Assembly (NCBI GenBank): GCA_014380365.1
Contig: JACMJZ010000032.1
Span: 104,860-168,859 of the forward strand
Direction of reading: 5' to 3'
Origin: Pyrinomonadaceae bacterium
GTDB taxonomy: Bacteria > Acidobacteriota > Blastocatellia > Pyrinomonadales > Pyrinomonadaceae
DNA length: 64,000 bases
In this document: positions 19,101 through 27,823 of the stretch, piece by piece
How the letters are laid out: the number at the start of each line of letters is the position of its first letter
Numbering within the stretch: the stretch's first letter is position 1
Made by a program: the position numbers and the translations under genes
The notes under the pieces: model-generated
The model's database searches: none
The model's input: only the letters and a program-made list of their open reading frames with translations
Told to the model about the DNA's origin: nothing

Positions 19101-22100
19101 CATCAATTGCTTTTTCCATGCGGGCACGCGTTTCGACGAGGTAGTTAACACTCGCAAGCCAGACTGTGACATCGTCGGACGTGGTGTGTGCATCCGCGAA
19201 ACTCTTATCTGGACCGGCACTCCTGACGGTTACGTTGAATAGATGCAGCCTGGTGGTGAAGTTGAGTTGGTAGGGTTGTCCCCACGGATCGCGTAGAGAG
19301 TCAAAATCGATTCCTTCGGCCCGCAATTCGTTTTTGAGCGTCGTGGCATTGCGGATGAAGCCGCCGGTGCGCGCGTGAAAGCGTTTGACCGCACGACTTA
19401 TGGCCTCGCCAGTGAAACGAAAATAAGACCGAGTGATCCGGGCGACGGAGGAATCATCCCCGGTAGTGAAGACTTTGTCCGGGCCGGCGCTAATGATTTC
19501 GAGAACGCTGTCGTCCTGGACTACGGAGAACAATTCCCGGTAAGGCGTGCCCCACGGGTCGCGCAGTTGATCAAAGTCTATTCCGGATTCAAACAGCAGG
19601 CGAAGAAGACTTTCGCGATTCGAGGGATAGGTGCCGGCGTCCGTATATTGAGTCTGAAGAAGGTCGGCAATCGGCTTAATGTGCAGACCTGTCAGGTTGG
19701 CAAAGACCCTTGTGTGATCTGTTTCAAACCCCTCATGGCTAAAGACGGCGCGCTCTACCTGCCGGGCTCCGAGAAGTAACTCGGCGACCAGTTCCATGTC
19801 GTCCGGCAGCGGCTTTGCAGGGTCTAGCCGCTGCAAGTCTTTGCGGGTGATGCCCCCGATCTGGTTGTCATATCCCTGCCACTCGCTGAAACTCCCGGAA
19901 AAACCAAACCGCCCTCCAAACTCCCGCTCGGTTCGTGCCCGCTCCTCGACTGCTTGATCGAAGATAACGATTCCCAGCGCGCTGTCGGCCGGTCGTCCGT
20001 CAGGCGCGAATACGCGAAAGTCCACCGTTGCACTCTCGCCCGGCTTGTAGGCGGGATGATCCAGACGCAACTCGACGTTAAGATCGCGATTCCGTGGGAA
20101 GAGAACCGTGCGAGAGCCGAACGGATGGTAGTAGTCGGAATATTCCGAAGTTCTGGAGTAGACGGAGATGGAAAGTTCATCCTGAAACTCGGGCCGGTAA
20201 GCGAGGGTGAATGTTGCTGCCCCGTCGTGCAGGGAGAGCGTTCGTGATTCGATGATGTGCGACTCGCGCGCGACGTCAACAACCATGTTCATTTCGGGCT
20301 TGCTCGCCGTGACGCTCACCCTGATTGGGTCGCCGCGCCGGTACAGAACTTTATCGGTTTCGACTCGAATCACCGGAACATCGCGATCGTAAAACGATTC
20401 CACGTGATGACCCAGCGACCCAGCGCCATTGCGTGCGGTGAAGGCGAGGGACAAGTTTCGCTCTCCGGATGTGGCCGGCAGTTTGAGTCCCGTGACTTTC
20501 GCGAGGCCATACTTGTTTGTGAGAATGGTCTGGAGAACAGGTGTGGGACTTCCGGGTTTGTCGTCCCCGCGGGCTGATTCGCTGATAGCGACCTCGCAAC
20601 GAGCGGGTGTGCCGTCGGCATAAGACGTTGCCAAATAGTATTGCATTGGGAAGTCCCGCGCCTGCCGGTTATTACCCTCGGTAACGTAAATGTGAATTGC
20701 CTCTTTCGTGAGCCGTAGATCGAAACGTCGCTGCTCTGTTCGGTTGCTCGTAGGATCAGTGAAATAGGCTGCGAACTTCAGATCCTTAAAGCGGGAATAT
20801 TCTTCCTCCGCCAGTTCTTTGTGGGCCTGCCTCAAATCAACGCGCGCCACAAAGCGTCCAGCGTCGTCGGTTTCGCCTTCATACTCTTCGCCCTCATCGA
20901 TGTCCCACTTCTGTTCGCGAAAATTCCATTCGCGCTCATCTTCCAGCACCACGCGCACATGGCCGCGTTTCACCGGTTGGCCGAAAAGATAGTCTGCGCG
21001 CACCTCGACGTCCGCGTTGTGTTGCGGCAGGTAGTAGGTGCGATCCGGTTTTACGTTGACGGCGAAGGTGGGCAGATCGTAACGGCTAATCTTGACGATC
21101 TGAAGTCCTTCGGAATCGCCATAGTTCTCTTCATCCATTTCAACGCGGATCGAGTAGTCGCCAAGGCGCGTATTCTCCGGAATGACCCAGTCGGCGTTGG
21201 CGACGCCAAAACGCGAGGTGACCAGGCTCGCCTCGAAAACGTTTGTATTTTCGGGGTCATTTATCTTCAGGGTAGCTTCGGCATTCGCCGCCGCCCGGTT
21301 AGCGGAATTGAAAACCAGCGCCCGTATGTGGAGCGCTTGTCCGGGTTGATAGATAGGCTTGTCCGTGGTGACCATGATGCGTGTACTGTTGCACACCTCG
21401 ATCTCGTCGCTCATTTCCCTGATGTACCCGCCATGCCGCGCCACTACTTTGAGGTCGCCATCGCCAGGGCGGGTGCTGGCTGGAACGTCAATGCTCACGA
21501 GCGCATAGCCGGAGTCGTCCGTTATTCCGCGGTTGGTGATCTTTGCTGCCGGAGCATCCTCATCAACCTGAAACTCGACGCCAATTTCGACACCCTTAAC
21601 GGGCTTCCGGGTTATGGGATTGAAAGCGCGAACATGCGTGTAGTGGCGAGTGCCCGCTTGCGTCTGGGCAGGAGCGGTCACTTCCAACGCAAAAATGTTT
21701 GGTGTGTCGATCTCCGAGAGTGAAATGACACCACTGACTGCGTCGAGGTTGGTCTTAGTTTCGCGGGATGGATCAATCCGATAGCGTAAGCGGTACCACG
21801 GCAGCGCCGTGTCACCGTCTTTAGTCAAGCTTCTCGCGGACAGCGCCAACGGAACAGTCAACTTGTTCAGGCCGGGTCGGAGCGCAAAATTGCGAACGCC
21901 TGATCCCTGAGCGGCGTCGTCGGGATCCAGGAGTTCCAGCCTTAGATGGACCGACAGCTCCTGGCTTAATGGGTTTACCACCTCCAGAATGACGATCACC
22001 TGATCCTCAATCAGAAACCTGGTGGCGGCCTCGTTAACCCGCAACCCGCTAGTAGCAGTTACCAGTTGGACAAAGAAAACGGCAAGCGAAAGGCCCAGGA

Positions 22101-22125
22101 GAGAGAAAAGCCATCTGCGGCTCAT
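16129..22125 (-). CDS. alpha-2-macroglobulin family thioester protein (1998 aa) with inserted GspG-like repeats and a CarboxypepD_reg domain
   Basis: Signal peptide. Thioester motif PYGCGEQ (CGEQ is aa 1487-1490, nt 17656..17667). MG-domain-like N-terminal half. Three DPWG repeats (aa ~800-1115). GVVTDPNGAVVPGIAVTA...DDEGRFILRNLPVGFYEV. Confidence 0.9.
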   Translation of the reverse strand: MSRRWLFSLLGLSLAVFFVQLVTATSGLRVNEAATRFLIEDQVIVILEVVNPLSQELSVHLRLELLDPDDAAQGSGVRNFALRPGLNKLTVPLALSARSLTKDGDTALPWYRLRYRIDPSRETKTNLDAVSGVISLSEIDTPNIFALEVTAPAQTQAGTRHYTHVRAFNPITRKPVKGVEIGVEFQVDEDAPAAKITNRGITDDSGYALVSIDVPASTRPGDGDLKVVARHGGYIREMSDEIEVCNSTRIMVTTDKPIYQPGQALHIRALVFNSANRAAANAEATLKINDPENTNVFEASLVTSRFGVANADWVIPENTRLGDYSIRVEMDEENYGDSEGLQIVKISRYDLPTFAVNVKPDRTYYLPQHNADVEVRADYLFGQPVKRGHVRVVLEDEREWNFREQKWDIDEGEEYEGETDDAGRFVARVDLRQAHKELAEEEYSRFKDLKFAAYFTDPTSNRTEQRRFDLRLTKEAIHIYVTEGNNRQARDFPMQYYLATSYADGTPARCEVAISESARGDDKPGSPTPVLQTILTNKYGLAKVTGLKLPATSGERNLSLAFTARNGAGSLGHHVESFYDRDVPVIRVETDKVLYRRGDPIRVSVTASKPEMNMVVDVARESHIIESRTLSLHDGAATFTLAYRPEFQDELSISVYSRTSEYSDYYHPFGSRTVLFPRNRDLNVELRLDHPAYKPGESATVDFRVFAPDGRPADSALGIVIFDQAVEERARTEREFGGRFGFSGSFSEWQGYDNQIGGITRKDLQRLDPAKPLPDDMELVAELLLGARQVERAVFSHEGFETDHTRVFANLTGLHIKPIADLLQTQYTDAGTYPSNRESLLRLLFESGIDFDQLRDPWGTPYRELFSVVQDDSVLEIISAGPDKVFTTGDDSSVARITRSYFRFTGEAISRAVKRFHARTGGFIRNATTLKNELRAEGIDFDSLRDPWGQPYQLNFTTRLHLFNVTVRSAGPDKSFADAHTTSDDVTVWLASVNYLVETRARMEKAIDEYFEQMHSFPRNDSELQQAFATSGIEAATLRDPWGHRFYASYKTEMRLADRTVIQSFATYGQLPKERMETTPVTHHVGFISLRSSGEDGKEGTADDFDVATFSRLTAELSRSGVPANQPSQRIFFPGSKGAIKGVVTDPNGAVVPGIAVTASLKNSSQNFETKTDDEGRFILRNLPVGFYEVRCEAPGFTKVTVLEVPVSSSNVTTVNFTLYPGTVSETVTVSAAADVMNMTSSSVATTITEGRLRVSIAHPMQLTTPRLREYFPETLVWQPSLETDKHGRAQLKFKLADNITTWKMSVIGSTEDGELGVAETEIKAFQPFFVEHDPPRVLTEGDQISLPIVLRNYLERGQAVDLEIKPESWFALLGPARQRADVPAGEASRQTFELKAVASVKDGKQRITARGSEASDAIEKPVTVHPDGEEKTQTASQVFGDTAMLNINLPASAIPGSTQAELKIYPGLMSHVIESIEGILKRPYGCGEQTISSTYPSLLVLRGNKQSETGSPIRAQAQRYARAGYQRLLNYRSTNGGFSYWGHGEPDLALSAYALRFLHDAAEFVSVDPEVVKGLRQWLVKQQHADGSWPASAYNSGQVDKLRGIALQTAFVARVLAMTEPQASTGGATAARTASPELKRALSYLSPKIEAIDEPHLIASYALAAIDAGDRPGASRAVARLRALARNEGDTTYWKLETATPFNGWGLAGEVETTALATQALARFAKTQPDLTTTRGQSADPVVSRGLLHLLRQKDRYGVWYSTQATINVLDTLTTLLATDISPDRQSAAQGTPVEVIVNGLLATSLQLPTREQNTGLVRADISRFLQPGANHVELRRSAGSGLASAQLVANYYVPWSAVASGDPAVNGAASSLRLSATFDKKAAGINDEIVCSVKAERVDYSRYGMMLAEIGLPPGADVDRASLESAMKASGGALSHYDVLPDRVVVYLWPRSGGVQFAFKFRPRLAMTAKTAPSLMYDYYNPDARVVVEPATFVVR

Positions 22126-22348
22126 GGCGGCCTCCTAAATTTTTTCGAAACCAAACCACGGCGGGAGACACACTACGACTCGACGAGAAACCAAGGAGTT
22201 TCACCGGCTGTCATTACTGCCAGAATTTGAAGGTAACTTTTGAGCCCGGGGAGAAGCTTTCAGATTTCGAGGGTGTGATGCGAGTGAGTTGCCGCTTGGT
22301 TGTCAGTATCTCGGAAACGAAAACGGAAGTTCGGACGCGGGCCGTGAG

Positions 22349-23254
22349 TCACTGAGTTAGCGCCCCGGCGATCTGAGCGGCGACGCGCGCGTTGTTTTCC
22401 AGCAGGGCGATGTTTGCCTCCAGCGTTGCGCCTTCGCTCATTTGGGCCATGCGCGACAGGAGAAACGGCGTCAGCTCGCGGCCGACGACATGTTGGCTTT
22501 CCGCTTTCCGTAACGCCGCATTTAATACGTTCTCTAAATCTGTCGCCGGAACTTCAAACTGCTCGGGCACCGGGACAGTTACCAATAGGGCGCGATTAAT
22601 TCCCAACGCTTCCTGAGCGCGGAAAACTGCGGCAACCTCCTCTGGCGAATCACAACGAGTATCGACAGGTAAACCGCTCGCGCGTGAATAGAAGGCGGGC
22701 ATCTCGTCGCAGCCGTATCCGACAACCGTGACGCCGTAAGTCTCAAGCCACTCGCGCGTCGCCGGTAGATCCAGAACGATCTTGGCCCCCGAACAAACGA
22801 CTACGATGGGCGTCGATGCGAGGACTGGCAAGTCCGCCGAAAGATCGGGCAAGGCGCCGCGATGAACGCCGCCAATTCCGCCGGTTGCGAATACCTTGAT
22901 CCCCGCGCGCTGGGCGATCCAGCTGGTTGAGGCAACGGTCGTCGCGCCGTTCCACTGCTGCGCGATCGCAATCGGAAGATCGCGGATACTGATCTTCCTG
23001 ATGTCGGCACCCTCGGCGACAAATCGGATTTGATCTTCGCTTAGTCCAACCGAAAGCTGGCCTGCGAGCACGGCGATCGTCGCGGGAAGGGCGCCGGCTT
23101 CTCTGACAATCTCTTCCAGCCGGCGGGCGGTTTCCAGATTCTGAGGGTGTGGCAGGCCATGCGCGATCACAGTTGATTCAAGCGCGACGATTGGCTTCTT
23201 TGTCTCCAGAGCTGATGAAACTTCAGAGCTAAGATTAAGAAGTAGTTTATCCAT
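22349..23254 (-). CDS. psuG: pseudouridine-5'-phosphate glycosidase
   Basis: VALESTVIAHGLPHPQN and GGIGGVHRG motifs of the IndA/PsuG family. Confidence 0.9.
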   Translation of the reverse strand: MDKLLLNLSSEVSSALETKKPIVALESTVIAHGLPHPQNLETARRLEEIVREAGALPATIAVLAGQLSVGLSEDQIRFVAEGADIRKISIRDLPIAIAQQWNGATTVASTSWIAQRAGIKVFATGGIGGVHRGALPDLSADLPVLASTPIVVVCSGAKIVLDLPATREWLETYGVTVVGYGCDEMPAFYSRASGLPVDTRCDSPEEVAAVFRAQEALGINRALLVTVPVPEQFEVPATDLENVLNAALRKAESQHVVGRELTPFLLSRMAQMSEGATLEANIALLENNARVAAQIAGALTQ

Positions 23255-23278
23255 TGTGGGTCAATCTAAATCAACGCT

Positions 23279-23407
23279 GGCGGGGGCAAGCCCCCTTCCT
23301 GACTTTCGAGATTATTCGACCCATGTCTTGGCCTGAGATCAAAGCTTGAAGAAAAGTAATTGCGACTCAGAAAGTCTCTAAGGTCAGGAAGGCGGGCTGG
23401 CCCCCGC
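23279..23407. repeat. MITE-like element, ~25-bp terminal inverted repeats GCGGGGGCAAGCCCCCTTCCTGAC
   Basis: Arms at 23279..23303 and 23383..23407 with a ~80-nt spacer. Same family as 33223..33357 and 40807..40881. The right arm contains the stop codon of the histidine kinase. Confidence 0.75.
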
Positions 23408-26400
23408 TCCTTTCAGTTGCAGCGTGAACACATTGGAGCCACTCTTCAGTTTGTCCCAGGAAATCTCCGCATCAATCAGACTCGCACGCGCGAGCATGTT
23501 TGCCAACCCGCGCCCGCTGCTTTTCTGGTTGGGATCAAGAGCGCGACCGTTGTCTTCGATCGTCAGGATGAAATTGGGCGCAGCGTGTACTTCCATCCTC
23601 ACGTGCGTGGCGCCGGCATGCCGGCAAATGTTACTCACCGACTCCTGCACAATGCGATAAATCTGCATTTGCACATTTCCCGGCAGTCGCGCGTGTTCCT
23701 CCAGATGTTCGTCGCAAACAAATTCGTACTCAAACCGCTGATCGGCCGGCGCATCCTGGACCGCATGGGAAAGCGCAAACTCCAGGGCCGCCGCGAACCC
23801 AACATTTTGAAGCACCGACGGACTCAGGTCTTCACAAATGCGCCGCACCTCCTGCGAGATTGATTCGATCTCACTGCGCAATGCGGCGGGGCCTGGTTGG
23901 GCATTGCGTTGCTGGCCACGTCGTTCACCCTCCCCGGGGTCACCGCTTGTTGGAAGCTGATCTGTTAGAAGTTGCAAGTGGCGCAGGTCGGCCAAAGTTT
24001 GATCGTGCAGGTCGCGCGCGATCCGGCGTCGCTCGCGTTCCGCTTCATTAGCGAGGTTGAGTCGCGCATCCGCCAGTTCGCGGTTCGCATCAACAAGCGC
24101 GGCGCTGGTGCGCGCAATCCGGCGCCTTTCGAGAATCGCCCAGATCAAGGCAAGCAGCGCCAGAGCCAGGAGAATGGCGAGCGCGGTTGAGGTCCATGGA
24201 AACGGCGACTTCGCAATAGCCAACTCAAACGACAACGGCTCCGAGGAAAGCAGATCCTTGCTGAACGCGCGCGCGGTGACTCGATACTTGCCCGCCGCTA
24301 GTCCTTCCATCGCAAACTGCGACTCGCGCGAGAGCCTCTGCTTGATGACCTTGCCGTTTCCGTCGAGCAGCGCAAACGAGTACTGAAACTGCTCCGGGAA
24401 AGTGCGACTGCTGATCGCCGCGACGTCCAGAAGCAAACTGTTTTGCGGATACTCGAGGCTGAGTCCTGACGCCAGTTCGCTGGGAGAATGCACGCGCTTG
24501 CTAATGACCCGAGTCGCATACAACGTGGGTGTTGTTCGGCCGGACTGGTAGCGCGCGATGCCGCGGCCCGTGCCGATGAGCACAGACTCGCTACCGTCCG
24601 GTTGAGACTCGGGACGAACTGCGAAGACGTTCTGCGAGGGCAGGCCCTGCTCGACGTCGAGTTGGGAAACCACCGGGCCAGCCTGATCGTCGAGCCTGAT
24701 CTTCAACAGCCCGTTTCCCGTGGTGGCGCACCACATCTCATTTCGTTTTGTTTCGGCATCGCGCGCGAGTGAACGCGCTTCGATTCCCGCTGCGGTCAGA
24801 ATGCACTCGCTGTCGGCCTTGCATAAATAGACGCCGCGATTCGTGGCGAACCACAACGTGTCGTCGAGCGTGCTCAGAATCGAGCGCACAGTGCTGCCTT
24901 TGAGTTTGGCGAAAGCCGGATCCTGCTTCACCTCGTTACCATCAAACGAGAGGACTCCGTCAGAGGCGGAGCCAACTAAGAGCCTGCGGTCGCCGTCGGC
25001 AAAAAGACTGATCACATCGCGTGGGACAGCGAGGTTTGCGCTCCAAAGATTCTGGAGCCGGCTCTCCTCAAGTCGCTCAACACCGCGCCCGTAGCTGGCG
25101 ACGTAAACCGATCCGCGAAATTGAGTGATGGCCCGGATGCTGCCGACCGCATCCGCATTACCGGAGCCGGCCTCAACTCTGTTGAAGCTGAGAGATTCGA
25201 GCTTCGTGTCCCTGGAAGGTCTTGTTCCCACATAGAAACCGCTGGCTGACCCGACGAGCAGACGTCCCTGATTGTCTTCGGCGATCGAATAAACGATATT
25301 CCGCGCGAGCCCGCCCACAGGGTTCCACTCAGACGATGAGGCGTCGTGAACGAAGAGCCCGCGGTTGGTTCCAGCCAACAGATGGCCCTCGGACGTTTGG
25401 TAAAACGTGCGCACGAAATTGCTTTCGGCCAGGTCGCCGATGGTCTCCACCCTGACCGCGTTTGGATCGAAACGACAGACTCCCCGGTCAGTTCCAAACC
25501 AAATCACGTCTTCGCGGTCCTGGAAAATCGTGTAGACGTGATCCGAACGCAAACCTCCTGCGGTGCCGTCAAACGTGTAACGCTGGACCTTCTTCCCTTC
25601 GGAGAAACGAAAGACGCCGCGTCCGTCAGTGGCAACCCAGACATCTTTTCCAATCGACTTAATACTCGTTACTGTCCCGGTCGGTGTTTCGTTGCGGACA
25701 AGTTTTTCCACTTCCCACCCCGTCAGAAGTGCCGGTTCCTCTTTCTTCACGCGCAGGCCGACCCAAAGTTTGCCGCTCGGATCCGCTTCCATCGAACGCA
25801 CAAAGAAACTTGTGGGCCGGGTTTCAATCTCGCGCGCCTGCCCGTCTGCAATCGCCAGCACGCCCCGACTGAACGAGCCGGCGAAGAGCGTATGGTTGAG
25901 CATCATCAAGCTCGTCAGTTGCAGTGCGCCCGGATTGTCGCGGTCGGCGCTTTGAAGTTGTTGAGTCAGCAGGGGCTCGGTCCGCCGTGATCCATCCGCC
26001 TGAATCCGGCAGTCGAAAATGTTTCCCTGCTCGGTAGCCAGCAGCGCACGACCGCTTTCAGGCGTGAGAATAGCAGCGATGGGGTGGCCGTTGATTTCCG
26101 TTATGGCTTCGAAACGGCCATCAACCATGCGTGCCGCGCCTGTTTCCGTGCCAATCCACAACGAGCCGTCCGCATCGCTTTGCAACGCCAGTACTCGGCC
26201 TGGCGCCAGACCGTTGATAGAGATGGTCTGAGTCCTGCGCCCGTCAAACTTTGCCAAACCCGCTTCCGTTCCAAACCACATCGCACCCTCCGGCCCCTGT
26301 GCGATCGCGTGCACCCGATCGGAAGGCAGGCCGTGAAAAAGTGTGACCGCGCCCCACTGGTGGAGCCCCGTAACGGGCGTCGGAGAAGGAGAAGGAGACG

Positions 26401-26593
26401 GCGATGGTGATGGTGAAGGACTTGGTGAAGGACTAGGGGAGGATCCAGGCTGAACCTCTTGAGATGAGGCAGGTGCCGGCGGTAGTAACGCGAGGGAGAA
26501 GGCAGTAAGCAGTAGGCAGAAGGCCGAAGGCAGGAAGAACTTGAAACGCAAAGGGCGCGAAGCAAGACGCAGAGAACGCGAAGCGATCCGCAT
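23384..26593 (-). CDS. sensor histidine kinase: periplasmic beta-propeller repeats plus Y_Y_Y-like region, TM, HisKA_3 and HATPase
   Basis: Repeated WFGT/WIGT/WVAT propeller motifs. H-box RRRIARDLHDQTLADL. ATPase IEDNGRAL...GRGLANM. Signal peptide and (SP)10 linker. Start taken at ATG 26593 (MRIASRSL). Confidence 0.85.
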   Translation of the reverse strand: MRIASRSLRLASRPLRFKFFLPSAFCLLLTAFSLALLPPAPASSQEVQPGSSPSPSPSPSPSPSPSPSPSPTPVTGLHQWGAVTLFHGLPSDRVHAIAQGPEGAMWFGTEAGLAKFDGRRTQTISINGLAPGRVLALQSDADGSLWIGTETGAARMVDGRFEAITEINGHPIAAILTPESGRALLATEQGNIFDCRIQADGSRRTEPLLTQQLQSADRDNPGALQLTSLMMLNHTLFAGSFSRGVLAIADGQAREIETRPTSFFVRSMEADPSGKLWVGLRVKKEEPALLTGWEVEKLVRNETPTGTVTSIKSIGKDVWVATDGRGVFRFSEGKKVQRYTFDGTAGGLRSDHVYTIFQDREDVIWFGTDRGVCRFDPNAVRVETIGDLAESNFVRTFYQTSEGHLLAGTNRGLFVHDASSSEWNPVGGLARNIVYSIAEDNQGRLLVGSASGFYVGTRPSRDTKLESLSFNRVEAGSGNADAVGSIRAITQFRGSVYVASYGRGVERLEESRLQNLWSANLAVPRDVISLFADGDRRLLVGSASDGVLSFDGNEVKQDPAFAKLKGSTVRSILSTLDDTLWFATNRGVYLCKADSECILTAAGIEARSLARDAETKRNEMWCATTGNGLLKIRLDDQAGPVVSQLDVEQGLPSQNVFAVRPESQPDGSESVLIGTGRGIARYQSGRTTPTLYATRVISKRVHSPSELASGLSLEYPQNSLLLDVAAISSRTFPEQFQYSFALLDGNGKVIKQRLSRESQFAMEGLAAGKYRVTARAFSKDLLSSEPLSFELAIAKSPFPWTSTALAILLALALLALIWAILERRRIARTSAALVDANRELADARLNLANEAERERRRIARDLHDQTLADLRHLQLLTDQLPTSGDPGEGERRGQQRNAQPGPAALRSEIESISQEVRRICEDLSPSVLQNVGFAAALEFALSHAVQDAPADQRFEYEFVCDEHLEEHARLPGNVQMQIYRIVQESVSNICRHAGATHVRMEVHAAPNFILTIEDNGRALDPNQKSSGRGLANMLARASLIDAEISWDKLKSGSNVFTLQLKGAGASPPS

Positions 26594-26655
26594 CAATTGG
26601 CGGGCAATTATTCCTTGCGACCTTTGCGGAAAGCTTTGCGTACTTTGCGGTGTGT
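26544..26655. repeat. imperfect hairpin of CGCAAAG-type words spanning the kinase start codon
   Basis: 26544..26592 carries GAAACGCAAAGGGCGCGAAGCAAGACGCAGAGAACGCGAAGCG. 26614..26655 carries CCTTGCGACCTTTGCGGAAAGCTTTGCGTACTTTGCGG. ATG 26593 lies in the loop. Same words as 54054..54127. Confidence 0.55.
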
Positions 26656-26657
26656 TT

Positions 26658-27431
26658 CTATTTCTTCCGTTGATTCGCACTCTTCTGTTCGTCTAAGAAG
26701 CGTTTCCCATCGCGCTCAAGCCAGGCTTCGAGTTCCTGGGCTGCCTTTTCCAGTTCGTCGTTGTTGAGTAGTCCACGTCGGAGCGCTTCAAAGAAGGCGC
26801 GCGTGCGTACATTGTAGGCGAGCTTTTCGTAAGCTTCGTGCGGCGTACCCTCCGCCGTTGAGGTGAAAAGCTTTTCGTAGAGCGTCGCCAGGCGGCTCTC
26901 CACGCCGCGCAGACTCAGCGAGCACTTCCGCGCAATCGCCCAGTTTGAAAGACCGAGCGCGAGATAGTAAAGCGCTTCTGATTCAAATTCAGTCAAGAGC
27001 GGCCGTTTGAACGAATCTTTGAACGCCGGATCGATCATGTCGGCGCCGTCTTCGAGTACCGCAGCTACGAAGCGGAGGAAACGCGACTCGGGATTGTTCT
27101 TGTGAATGAACCCGTAGGCCGGCGGCGGATCGACTGACTTAACAATCTTGCGGATCTCGTTGATATAAATTTCGTGTGGAAACTGCGTCCAGAAGATGAT
27201 GCGCGCGGAAGGGAAGTCGCGCCAGATAGCGCGCGCGGCTTTCACACCGGAAAGTTTGGGCATCTGGATGTCGAGGATGCAGAGCTCGGGCCGGTGCTCC
27301 AACGCCAGCTTGACCGTCTCCTCGCCGTCCGCTGCTTCCACGATGGGCAGGTGCGATGAAAACTCTTTGTCCAGAATCTCGCGCAGGTAGTGGCGCTGGG
27401 CCACGTTGTCTTCGGCAATTAGTATCGACAT
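26658..27431 (-). CDS. NarL/LuxR-type response regulator
   Basis: REC domain (MSILIAEDN..., ELCILDIQMPKLSG) and a GerE-type HTH (LTEFESEALYYLALGLSNWAIARKCSLSLRGVESRLATLYEKL). Lies directly upstream of the kinase. Confidence 0.85.
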   Translation of the reverse strand: MSILIAEDNVAQRHYLREILDKEFSSHLPIVEAADGEETVKLALEHRPELCILDIQMPKLSGVKAARAIWRDFPSARIIFWTQFPHEIYINEIRKIVKSVDPPPAYGFIHKNNPESRFLRFVAAVLEDGADMIDPAFKDSFKRPLLTEFESEALYYLALGLSNWAIARKCSLSLRGVESRLATLYEKLFTSTAEGTPHEAYEKLAYNVRTRAFFEALRRGLLNNDELEKAAQELEAWLERDGKRFLDEQKSANQRKK

Positions 27432-27574
27432 TGTGGCGATGATAGCCTGAAACGTCCCGCGCATAAACGTGGCATGCCACAGTTGCAATGACGGATCTGG
27501 CCACTGTGCGAGGATGCGACGGTTTGCTGGCAATCGGCTGTGCCACCCGATGTGCGGAAGGTCTCTTGGTAGCG

Positions 27575-27784
27575 TCAGCCATGATCGGTGTTCTCATCAA
27601 GGGCGAACATCTCTTCCACTGGCTTACCGAAGAGTTTCCCGAGCTTGATTGCGAGAGGCAGGCTGGGGTCGTACTTTTCCGTCTCGATTGCGTTTATGGC
27701 TTGCCGCGAAACGCCGACGCGCTGTGCAAGTTCCTCCTGCGTCCAGTTTTGTTCAGCCCGCAACACCTTCAAACGGTTCTTCAT
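27575..27784 (-). CDS. XRE-family HTH transcriptional regulator (69 aa)
   Basis: MKNRLKVLRAEQNWTQEELAQRVGVSRQAINAIETEKYDPSLPLAIKLGKLFGKPVEEMF. Confidence 0.85.
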   Translation of the reverse strand: MKNRLKVLRAEQNWTQEELAQRVGVSRQAINAIETEKYDPSLPLAIKLGKLFGKPVEEMFALDENTDHG

Positions 27785-27823
27785 TGTTCCGTCCCTCGTT
27801 CCCAACTGTTCGTTAGGGCGTTT

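Noticed and set aside
20821-21723. 300-aa plus-strand ORF inside the A2M gene
   Set aside because: It is antisense to a gene with strong motif support (CGEQ, MG-like repeats). Its sequence is Arg/Ala/Gly-rich with no recognisable motif. This is a typical shadow ORF of GC-rich DNA.
26375-26440. (Ser-Pro)10 stretch in the kinase as a slippage-prone microsatellite
   Set aside because: The codons vary (TCC/TCA/TCG/AGT with CCT/CCA/CCG), so it is not a pure dinucleotide or hexanucleotide DNA repeat. It is more likely a selected extended linker after the signal peptide.
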